64,000 nucleotides of DNA, taken from assembly GCF_006345805.1 (NCBI RefSeq), contig NC_043011.1, positions 40,622,464-40,686,463 of the forward strand, read 5' to 3'. Of this stretch, positions 52,291-64,000 are shown piece after piece (the first letter of the stretch is position 1; each line of letters opens with the position of its first letter). Both the position numbers and the translations under genes were made by a program. This DNA is from Octopus sinensis. Lineage: Eukaryota. The notes beneath the pieces were generated by a model. The model was not told the origin of the DNA. It worked only from the letters and a program-made list of their open reading frames with translations, and did no database searches.

Positions 52291-53004
52291 TTCAGATGAT
52301 GATGATGATGATAATGATGGTGACGACGACGACGACGACGACTACGACGATGATGATGATGATGATGGCAATGATGATTTCTTAATTTTGTTATATCTTT
52401 TCTATTAATATTTTAATGAATTCTGTCAGTATTCGCCATCTTTTGCTCGTCGATTTGAAGATAAGTAATATATAATATAATATATTAGTTCGCAAAAAGT
52501 GGAAGGACATATGACATATAAAAATATTAAGATTAATATGAGGAGAAAGAAAATATAAAGGCCAGCTAAGTCATATGCATGAAGAGTTGTTATAAAGAAA
52601 AGAAAAAAATGTAATTATTTTCTACGAGAAATGTCTCCCTTCATAAAATGTTTGATTTATAATCTCGGTTTCTCTTGATGCGGATGATATTTAGAAAGAA
52701 TGAAATGATGATAGGCAGGATTATCAAAGACCATAAAAATATATTAGATATGTATATTCTGAGCGCCTTCTTCCATATTCCTGAACTTCAGACTCGAATT
52801 TTTAATCCTGCCAAATATCATAACGTAATGTTTATCGCCTTTGTATTAATTACCCGCAAGGACACAGCATGTGTTTGATAATAAAACGTCTTAATAAAAA
52901 TGCATTTTAAATATCGAAGTATTGCAAGTCGTTTGAGAAATCATTATTGTTTAATAGTTACTGCATCCATTCTGCACGTGGATCTGTAATGGATGAGTTG
53001 ATGT

Positions 53005-53370
53005 GAACGCAGCGTGGTAAGAGGTTTGCTCCCCCAAACACATGGTTCCGGGTTCAGTTCCATTGCGTGGCACCTTTGGAGACTGTTCTCTACAATAGCT
53101 TCGGACCAACCAAAGGTTTTGCGAGTGGATTTGATAAGCAGAAACTGTGCAGAAGCCCGTCCTATATGTCGTTGTGTCTTTGTCTGTTGCTCATCCCACC
53201 GCTTGAAAACTGGTATTGCTATGTTTACGTCCCCATAACTTAGCGGTTCGACAAAAGGAAAGAGAGAACCAATACCAAACTGTAGAGAATTTCTGGGGTC
53301 GATTCTTTGGATTAAAAGTCTTGAAGGGGATGTTCCAAGATGACCAGTCTTATGACTCAAACAAGTAAAA
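53005..53370 (+). mobile_element. SINE family B
   Basis: GGGTTCAGTTCCATTGCGTGGCACC..TGACTCAAACAAGTAAAA. Confidence 0.75.
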
Positions 53371-53492
53371 TATATGTATATTTTATGTATATATGTATAT
53401 ATGTATGTATGTATATATATGTATGTATGTATGTATATATATATATACATATATATATATATACATATATATATATACATACATATATATAT

Positions 53493-53547
<55 letters not shown>

Positions 53548-53655
53548 ACATATAAAGTTAATCCAAACAAGAAAACATAAAAAAAACACAACAACGCGAG
53601 GATGTGGAACAAATATAGTATTATTGGACGCTCAGGAAAGAAGGGAAGAAGGAGG

Positions 53656-53690
53656 GTCTAACGTTTCGAGCGGAGCTCTTCGTCGGAAAC
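53656..53690 (-). ncRNA. Variant hammerhead motif (U4C) in a pLTR-like repeat
   Basis: GUUU CCGACGA A GAGC UCC GCUC GAAA CG UU AGAC. Confidence 0.6.
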
Positions 53691-54179
53691 ATAGGAGAAG
53701 GAAAGATCCCGAGAAGGGAAGACAGAGGAAAAATAAATCGCCAACGGTACACACGAGGTCACATTTTGAAAGACCGGAAGTAGAAAGGGTGAAGAAGGTT
53801 GTTTTCAAAGACAGAAGAATTTTCAAAGACAGTATGGTAGTATGTCAAAGACAAGGAATGTGGGAGGGGGAATATGTGTGGATGTGTGCGTGCGCGGTGG
53901 TCTGCGTGTGCGCGCGTGTGTGTATGTGTGCAATGATGACACGTGTGTGTGTGTGTGTGTGTGCGTGTGTGTATGTATGTGTGTATCGTTGTGGCTGCAA
54001 ACAACAGGCTAGTAGCTGGCCTGTTTGTAAGAATAAGGAGTGGTGTTTTTTTGTGTCCCAGTCACAGGTCAGAACAAAGAAGTATGTGTGTTTGTGTGCG
54101 TGTATGTATATGTATCGTGTGTGTATTTTGTTTGTAGTGTGTGTATGTGTATGTGTGTATTCGTGTGTGTATGCGTAGA

Positions 54180-55380
54180 GTTTGGGTGTGTGGCGAGTAA
54201 CTGTGCTTAACTTAGTGTATGTGTGCGTGTGTGCTTGTACGTGCGTGTGTGTATATATATGTATGTATAATTGTGTGCGTGTATGTATAATTGTGTGCCG
54301 TGTGTATGGGATGTATGTGTGGGTTCATTTGTGTGTGTGTGTGTATGTATGTGCGTGTAGTTGTGTGTGCGTGTATGTGTGCGTTTGTATGTGTGTGTGT
54401 GTAAACGTATATGGATGTATATGCGTGTATCAGTGGGGTTGTGAGTTTTGGGTGTGTGCATTGGTGTGCGTGTGTGCGTGCGTATGTGTGCGCATGCTTT
54501 TGTGTGTGTATGTGTATGTGTGTGTCTGTGCCTATATGTGTGTGCGTATGTGTATATGTGCGTGCGCGTGTATTTATATATTGTGTGTATGTATATGTAT
54601 CGGTGTATATGTGAATTTGTGTGTTTTTGTACGTGTGTATGTGTGTGTGCGTGTATTGTATATATATGTAAATGTGTGTGTGTGTGTGCGTGTGTGTGTA
54701 CGTGCGTGCGAGTTAATGTATGTATACATGTGCGTGTGTGTACAAATGTAGAGGTTTATATGTTTATATGTGTGTATATATATGTATGCAAGCACACACT
54801 TTATAATTGAAAGATTAATGGAAAAAAAATTGGTGTGGGTGTATGTGAATCCACAGGCACACACATACACACACTGATGCACGCCTGCAATACAGCCAAC
54901 CCCATATGTATGTATGCATGTATGTATGTATGTGTGTGTGTGTATGTGTGTGTGTATGTATGTGTGTATGTATGTATGTATGTGTGTGTATGTATGAGTG
55001 TATGTATGTATGTGTGTATGTGTGTATGTGTGTGTATGTATGTGTGTATGTAAGTATGTGTGTGTGTATGTATGTATGTGTGTGTATACGTGTATGTGTG
55101 TATGTGTGTATGTGTGTGTATGTATGTGTATATCTATGTATGTATGTGTGTATCTATGTATGTATGTGTGTGTGTATGTATGTATGTATGTATGTGTGTA
55201 TGTGTGTATGTATGTATGTGTGTATGTATGTGTGTATGTATGTATGTATGTATGTATGTATGTATGTGTGTATGTATGAACGTATGTGTGTGTGTATGTG
55301 TGTATGTGTGTGTATGTATGTATGTATGTATGTATGAATGTATGTATGTGTGTGTATGTATGTATGTGTGTGTGTGGTTT
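54180..55380. repeat. Long (TG)n/(TATG)n low-complexity tract
   Basis: Directly visible. Confidence 0.9.
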
Positions 55381-55993
55381 TTTTTATGTATGTAAGACAC
55401 AGAAATAGCTTAGCACTACAGCGCACTTTTTGATGCAACTCTGATGAGGCGCCACTCTCATCTATAAAACATTGAATATTTCCACGTCCAACTTTTCCAA
55501 GCAATGGCGTTAAAAACAGAGTGGTACCCAAACAATCGTAACTGGTAATTACACTCTCTCTTTGTCTTCTTATATCGATTATATTTCACTCTCCGCTAGA
55601 CACACCCTGGATTTTACCGGTGCGATACCCTGAATTTCTATAATAGCTGAATTTTCATCCTCCGCACAATCGGGTTATGCTGTATTAGTCATAGTCCGAT
55701 TTTCAACTTTTTCAGAACCTTAACACACACACACACAGACACACACTCACACACGCACACACGCCCGCCCGCGCGTATAGATGTTATTACCTAGGTGCCA
55801 TATTTTTGTCCGGGCTCCGCTTGCCAAGAGTTTCTAGTTCCATATGTACTTCGCTGCATGGATGCAATCAGCCAGGGTCTTGTCATATTTCCAATCCGTT
55901 CTTTGATGTTATTCCTCAAACATTTTGCCAGGCTCTTTGTTCTGTTTTTTTTTTACACACTTCCTCACAGAATGGTCGTCGGTAGGCACTTCT

Positions 55994-57085
55994 TATTTCT
56001 TTATTGACCACAAGGGGCTAAAAATAGAGGGGACAAACAAGGACAGACAAAGGGATTAAGTCGATTACATCGACCTCATTGCGTAACTGTTACTCAATTT
56101 ATCAACCCCGAAAGGATGAAAGGCAAAGTCGACCTCGGCGGAATTTGAACTCAAAACGTAACGGCAGACGAAATACCTATTTCTTTACTAGCCACACGGG
56201 GCTAAACACAGAGAGGACAAACAAGGATAGACAGACTGATTAAGTCGATTATATCGACCCCAGTGCGTAACTGGTACTCAATTTATCAACCCCGAAAGGA
56301 TGAAAGGCAAAGTCGACCTCGGCGGAATTTGAACTCAGAACGTAGCGGCAGACGAAATACCTATTTCTTTACTACCCACACGGGGATAAACACAGAGAGG
56401 ACAAACAAGGGCAGACAGACTGATTAAGTCGATTATATCGAACCCAGCGCGTAACTGGTACACATTTAATCGACCCCGAAAGGATGAAAGGCAAAGTCGA
56501 TCTCGGCGGAATTTGAACTCAAAACGTAACGGCAGACGAAATACCTATTTCTTTACTACCCACACGGGGCTAAACACAGAGAGGACAAACAAGGACAGAC
56601 AGACTGATTAAGTCAATTATATCGACCCCAGTGCGTAACTGGTACTCAATTTATCAACCCCTAAAGGATGAAAAGCAAAGTCGACCTCGGCGGAATTTGA
56701 ACTCAGAACGTAACGGCAGACGAAATACCTATTTCATTACTACCCACACGGGGCTAAAAATAGAGGGGACAAACAAGGACAGACAGACTGATTAAGTTGA
56801 TTATATCGACTCCAGTGCGTAACTGGTACTTATTTAATCGACACCGAAAGGATGGAAGGTTAAGTCGATCTCGGTGGAATTTGAACTCAGAACGTAGCGG
56901 CAGACGAAATACCTATTTCTTTACTACCCACAGAGAAGACAAACAAGGACAGACAGACGGATTAAGTTGATTATATCGACTCCTGTGCGTAACTGGTACT
57001 TATTTAATCGACACCGAAAGTGTGAAAGGCTAAGTCGACCTCGGCGGAATTTGAACTCAGTACGTTTCTGCCAGCTCGCCACCTT
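55994..57085 (-). repeat. Tandem array of SINE family A bodies (184-bp period, ~5.8 units) with one shortened head
   Basis: Unit starts at 55994, 56178, 56362, 56546, 56730 and 56914; head remnant at 57060-57085. Confidence 0.9.
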
Positions 57086-57569
57086 GTACTTTCAGTTTAC
57101 GCCTACTTTGAGTTTCCGCCTACCAAATCCACTCACAAAGCTTTTGGTAGGCTATAGTAGAAGACCTTTACCCGGAACCATGTGGTTGGGTAGCAAGCTT
57201 CTAACCACACAGCCATACCTTCGCCTACAGATATCGAAATGAAACGGAATGTGTCCGGGTCATGTTTTCAAGGGAATAGGAAATCCCAATTGATTAAAAA
57301 AAACGGGGGAAAACATGAAAAAATAGTTTACAAATCACGGAGAAATGCAACACATAATCATTCAGTTGACATAAAACTCGTTTCTTTTTCACACGATAAA
57401 ATAGAATTCCAAGTTTTTTAAATTGATATTTTCAAATATTAATCGATAACATTTTTCCCATTACGCACTTTTTACAGACATTTCATTTCAGTTTACGTAT
57501 TTCGATATGTTTCTGCTGCATTTTAACGCGGAGATAGTTTTTGATGAAAGAAAAAAAAAAGAATCATAT

Positions 57570-58070
<501 letters not shown>

Positions 58071-61000
58071 TTGTTGTCGTTGTCCATGTTGTTGTTCGCT
58101 GCTGTTACTGCTGCTGGTGTTGCTGCTGTTACTGTTGTTGCTGCTATGGTTCAAACAGATATACCCGGCGTTGCTCGGGATTTAAACGGCATAGTTTCTA
58201 TATACGGTACAGTGAAGTTAAAACATGTGATACGGGGAATTTCAATATTGACGACAAAACATTTGTGGAGTACATGAAGGGCTAATTCGATTGATTGACA
58301 TGTCATGCGTCTGTTTGGAAGATTCTAGGAACTAACCTTACCATGGAAAAGTGGTAGGGGTTGGTATGTGATTTTTAAACACATCAAAAAGCTGCCAGTG
58401 GATATATTCTCCTTTGCAGCTGTCGGCGCCGCCGCTACCACGCTGAATAATCAGCACCACATGAGGGGTCGATAAAATATGTACCAGTTTGGTACTGCGG
58501 TCAATATAATCGACTAGCTCCAATTTCCCAAAATTCCAGGCCTTGTGCCTATAGCAAGAAGGATTATTAAGGCGGCAAGCTGAACAAAATATTTATCAGC
58601 ATTTTGTCAGTCTTTACTTTCTGTCTTGAAATCCCACCCAGCACGACTTTGTCATTCATCAATTCGGACGAGTACTGGGTCGTTGTGATCAAGTAGTCTC
58701 TTTCTTCCTTAATATAAGACATTGTGCGTATTGTAGAAACTATTATTATCATTATTGTTTTTATTCACTTCTCCTATTTCTTTTTGTTATCAATCTTTCC
58801 TTTTCTTTTGCTCAAAACCAGCTCTCTTCATCACTTTGCATCACGTTCTTCTCTCTCATAGTGGACAAATCGTTCCTTTCACAACTTTATTAGTATCATT
58901 GTTGCTGTTGTTGTTCTTATCGCTGTCGTCATTGCGTGTATATTAAATTGATAGTCTTGAATATGTTGTAGTCTGCACATAACAAGGGTTGTTTTCAATT
59001 GTGTGTAACTTTTTGAGCAGTGGTAAATTTTATCTTCGTTCATTTTGCAAACGCGTTTACATCTATTTCATAACATGTAGCAGAGGAAAGATTTGTCTTT
59101 CAGATACTTAATTGCTTCTAAAAAGATCATGTGTTTACATTCAATAATTCTATATATCATAGCTTTTACTCTCAGAAGAACGGAGGAAGTAGGCACTAGC
59201 AACAAAGAGAAAAATGGCAATGACGCAAACTTCCCTCTCACCGAAAATATATACAATATACCTGCAAAATTTTGAATACACGAAAGCGAATGAAAAAGTG
59301 AAAGATACATTGTTGATAAGCATTGACAGTCTCTATTTAATACGCCATAACTTAAACGTGCATGACTTGAATAAAACTAACAAGTACAGCGCAAATTTTT
59401 TGATGTTAATAAAAGTACGAGCAATAACTTCTTTGTTAGCATTATAAGTCAAAGTGAGGTTTTAAGCACAGGTCGCATCTAGTCAGAGAAAGGAACATGT
59501 GTGTTACATAAGAGAGTGCATCTTTTCCTGTAGGATTTATTTAGGTACGGGCAAGAAAGAGAAAAGACGTATCTGTTTCATGCAAGCCGGAAACAGTCTC
59601 ATGAAGCTTAGACGACACGTGACATCATATGTGTTCTATTGATAGGTAGGACTTATGACGGTATGAACCTGGTTTTGAAAATAAGAAGACATGAAAGCAC
59701 GTCGAAATATCCCTCCTATACATTAGTACAACCGTTCATCAGACGATATGATACGAAGGTAACAACAAAAGACAGGAACAGCGGCTCGTCAGCACGGTTG
59801 TAGTAAAGTGCGAACTTGTAGTGAAGGGTGAGGTGATACGGAATGAAATGTAGTGGGTAAGGGTTGACATGGACATGCAAGTCTTGATCTTGAAGACTCT
59901 TGATGACTATGTAACTGTTTCGGAGCTGTAACTCTTTGTGGGTACAAAGCGGAAACGAATAATATACCCAAATAAGAGCTATTTCGTCTCAGAAATATAT
60001 CAAGTTGATAGTCCTTGGAATAACCTAAGGGTTACTGCTGGGCACATTGTTATACAACGGGGAGATTCTCTGCATTAGTCTTTTTGTATAAATCCATTTA
60101 CGTTTTACAGGAATGTCAAATTGACCGTATTCGGCCTTTTATTTATTTTATCGACTTGTTGAGAACGACAGGCAAAGGAATCGATATCTGTACAATACAT
60201 GATAGATATGGTTATAGGACATTTTACCGTAAACATTTTTGCCGTAGGAAAATTCGCCATAATACATTTCATTTTAAATGACTTCATCACATTTTTAACA
60301 GTTTGACGTTGAATAAAGACGTTCCTATTTAATGCGTTTATAAAACATTTTATCAGTTTTTTTTTGTATGTTTCAAAAACTGCTGATATAATATAGTTTA
60401 TCATTGAACATACGGCGAAATTTCTTACGGCGAATTTTCCTGAAACGAATAAATATATATTCTATTGAATCGTGGAGTGGCTGTGTTTATAGTTAGAATA
60501 AAAAGCAGATATAAAGATACACTGCAAAACATTACCAACTATTATTTAATGCTAATTATTTTGCTACGCTATCTTTTGTGGTGTGTTTAGTGAAAGAACA
60601 TATATAGACCTCCGCTGGCCAGTGAATATAGTATGATTAAGTATTTTGATTCAGCCTGTGCAGGTATAGGGAATATTATTTTTTGAATAGAAGACTAGCA
60701 TTTGCTTGCACAAGTCAAAGCTCCACCCTTATTGGCACCAACGATGTCAAAGGCGTTGCCGTTTGAAAGTAGAGGACCGGAAGAGCCACCACAAGGCATA
60801 TCGTCCGAACAGTGTTCTGTCAATCCACTACCTTGGGTCGGTACTTATTTATCGACTCTAAAAAAAGATAAAGCTAATTTGGTCTTGGCAGGATCTGAAC
60901 TCACAGCACAAAGGGTCGAATTAAATACTGAAAGCATTATATTCCAATGGTTTAACGACTTTGCCAATTTACCTCTTTAACTGACAGAAGCAACCGAAAT

Positions 61001-61304
61001 ATACGAGTATAAAGTAAAGATCATGTAATTATTTCTATATTTTCTTGATAGATCTCAAGAACAATGGGAAATCGAATTTCTGTGTGCTACTATGCTGTCC
61101 ACTCGACCTTTTGAAATTAGCAGCCAAATACCTCCTAAATAAAACCCGTGTGTCGTTTTGTAAAAGCAAGGATACATTGCTCTATGTAGTCTAAGATATA
61201 TATATAACAAAAATACATGAGGTTGGTTACGGCTGACCAAGAAGCAAGCGTTGAGGTTTGTTACGGCTTACCTAGAGCCAAACGATTATACTACTACTAC
61301 TACA

Positions 61305-61365
<61 letters not shown>

Positions 61366-61929
61366 ATACTGTGAATTTTCCAGTTAGCGTTCAGTGCTTC
61401 CTTAAACGTCCGACTCTGTCCTTTCTCACTGCTTCTCTCACTCACTTTCTCCCACTCCCTCTCACTCTCTTGTGTCTCTTTCTCTCACTCTTTTTCTCTC
61501 TCTCTCTTTCTTTCTCTGGTTCTGTTCTACAGACGTAATTGAAATCGGTGTGCAAGTAATTGCTTACGTTGCTCACAACACTCTAAATCGACATCGACAC
61601 GACAGTAACACTTGAGCTGAGATTTTTCTTCGATTAATCCAACATCAGCACGAAATATTATAATAAACAACGATATTGTGCCAACACGTGCACGTGAATC
61701 GCGATTTTTTTTTTCTTCAGTCAAGCATTTCGACTTCCTGACATTTAGAAAACGGCTGATTTGGAAAAGTGAGCGAGGCTGCAGTTCAATCTTCTTGCTC
61801 TTGATACTTGTTTTCATTTAATTAGTAAGATTTGTCATTTATTTAGGTGATAGTTTTAATGGTGTTATTTGACCAAAGGTCAGTCAGAATACAGAACACC
61901 AGTGTTTAATACATACATACATACATACA

Positions 61930-61965
<36 letters not shown>

Positions 61966-61968
61966 TAT

Positions 61969-62170
61969 ATATTGCCCACAAGGGACTAAACATAGAGGGG
62001 ACAAACAAGGACAGACAAAGGGATTAAGTCGATTACATCGACCCCAGAGCGTAACTGGTACTTTATTTACCGACTTCGAAAGGATGAAAGGCAAAGTCGA
62101 CCTCAGCGGAATTTGAACTCAGAACGTAACGGCAGACGAAAAACGGCTACGCGTTTCGCCCGGCGTGCTA
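61969..62170 (-). mobile_element. SINE family A
   Basis: Reverse complement of 11707-11930. Confidence 0.8.
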
Positions 62171-62185
62171 TATATATATATATAT

Positions 62186-62349
62186 AGGCGTAGGAGTGGC
62201 TGTGTGGTAAATAGCTTACTTATCAACCACATGGTTCCTGGTTCAGTCCCACTGCGTGGCACTTTGGGCAAGTGTCTTCTACTACAGCCTCGGGCCGACC
62301 AAAGCCTTGTGAGTGGATTTGGTAGACGGAAACTGAAAGAAGCCCGTCG

Positions 62350-62435
<86 letters not shown>

Positions 62436-62647
62436 TTTTGAGTCTGTGTTTGTCCCCCCCCCCCAACATCGCTTGGTGGTATGTTTACGTCCACGTAACT
62501 TAGCGGTTCGGAAAAAGAGACCGATAGAATAAGTACTAGGCTTACAAAGAATAAGTCCTGGGGTCAATTTGCTCGACTAAAGGTGGTGCTCCAGCATAGC
62601 CGCAGTCAAATGACTGAAAAAAGTAAAAGAGTAAAGGAGGAAAAGAG
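62186..62647 (+). mobile_element. Full-length SINE family B
   Basis: Matches 32269-32689. Confidence 0.85.
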
Positions 62648-64000
62648 TTATTACGGTCTTACTGTTACGCTTTTAATGACAGTTTAAATGTCAAAGAATT
62701 AGCAACACAATCTTAGTGTAATAGCGTTAATATCCTGGGAATAACGTTACAATCTCAACGTTATCCTCTTAATTTTATAAGACTAAATTTTGCGGTCTCA
62801 ATGTTATATAGCAACACTATCTTAATGTCACAATATCAGTCTTAACGTAATTCTCTTAAAATCATAGTCTGCTCGATTTTGCTCTTAATACATTTTAAAT
62901 ACCAATGTAGGTTGTATACACCTGAGGAAGCTAGACTTATTATTGTTTGAAACAATAACTCACATTTCAAGACGAGCAAAAATAGATGTTCATACTTCCT
63001 CTGAGGAAATCAACAGCTGAATTGTTGAATAGAATTGGGTAAACCGGTAATGCAAACACTTACGTTATTAGTTAGGATAAGATCTTTATCATTTGCTGTT
63101 AGGTGTTCACCTGTTAAGATTCTATGATTAATATCAAGGCGTTTAGCGAATTGTAAGCAAAACGAAAAACAGAATTTATATAGAATTTACTTTGAAAAAG
63201 GAAAACCAAAGCTTAAGTTTACGATGAAAAATATGTAACATAGTATTTTTTTTTCATTTAAACATATAAAAAAAACATAATAAAATAATGATTTGAGCAA
63301 GTTGAAAAAAGAAAGCGGACTGAAGATCAGAAAAGAAATTCTAAAAAACTGTGTTTAGAAGAAATTCAATTCTTAGCGAGAGAAAAGAATAGTGTGATGA
63401 AAATGTATATATAAAAGGAAGAAAATACAATATAAGTTATTAATTTGAGAGCTAAATGCAATCTTATTTTCACTCGATATTATCTGCTAAATATGTTAAA
63501 ATAGCAATTTATCATTGAAATGTATACTTTCAAGTAAACAAGCTTCACGAAGAACAACAATGTCTTTTCAGCCATTGTTGTAGATGTATCTATATCCAAT
63601 TACAAATAATATATTTTCTAATTTTTCAAGATTGAACTCTTTATTCCGATCTGTGTCTGAGAAAAGATGTTCCCCCCCCCCCCCTAGCGACTAAAAAAGA
63701 ATGAAAGCACAAGAAAGGAAAGAGAGAAGAAAGTAGTAGTAACAGCAAAAACAAACTAGAACAAAAAAATATACAAAAATAATATACGAACAATGAAAAT
63801 GGACAAAAGAAGTAATATACAACGATAGAGACTTGTATAAATAGCTCACAATTTCACTATACTCGGGTGAATAAACTGTAGCCTATACAAATAATCTTAG
63901 AATGAATTACCATTTATTGTGCAGCTGTTTCCAATGTCTCATAATTCAAAGCTGGTCCTAATCGGAGATTTATTTACTTCAAACGAAAGTTTGATGTACA

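Noticed and set aside
55435-55480. CTGATGA at 55441
   Set aside because: The core itself is sequestered in a GATGAG/CTCATC hairpin, and there is no GAAA.
55994-57085. CRISPR-like reading of the regular repeats (also 1-525 and 5545-10401)
   Set aside because: Whole units repeat with no unique spacers, the context is eukaryotic, and no cas genes are present.
62915-63045. Two CTGAGGA motifs (62922 and 63001)
   Set aside because: Stem III, the cleavage triplet and stem I are missing.

Overview
This is AT-rich, microsatellite-saturated metazoan DNA. The SINE and RTE repeat families look like octopus (recognised from memory, not database-checked). Most of the window is repeat-derived: tRNA-head SINEs (single copies and 184-bp tandem arrays), LINE fragments (RTE, CR1/L2-like, R4/Dong-like), a Penelope-like RT-thumb plus GIY-YIG ORF, Tc1/mariner MITEs and Helitron-like ends. 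The only host coding sequence I can support is a minus-strand terminal exon at 46030-46293 that resembles the C-tail of a class B/adhesion GPCR. The main result is a 4.86-kb array of about 8.9 near-identical ~545-bp units (5545-10401). Each unit carries a minimal type I hammerhead ribozyme motif on the minus strand, and the unit has several strong internal stems. This is the layout of a non-LTR retrozyme or Penelope pseudo-LTR multimer that could self-cleave into ~545-nt monomers or circles. At least 8 further hammerhead motifs from several families, some with non-canonical cores, occur elsewhere, often in inverted repeats or fold-back palindromes. All ribozyme calls come from by-eye motif and stem matching; activity is untested.
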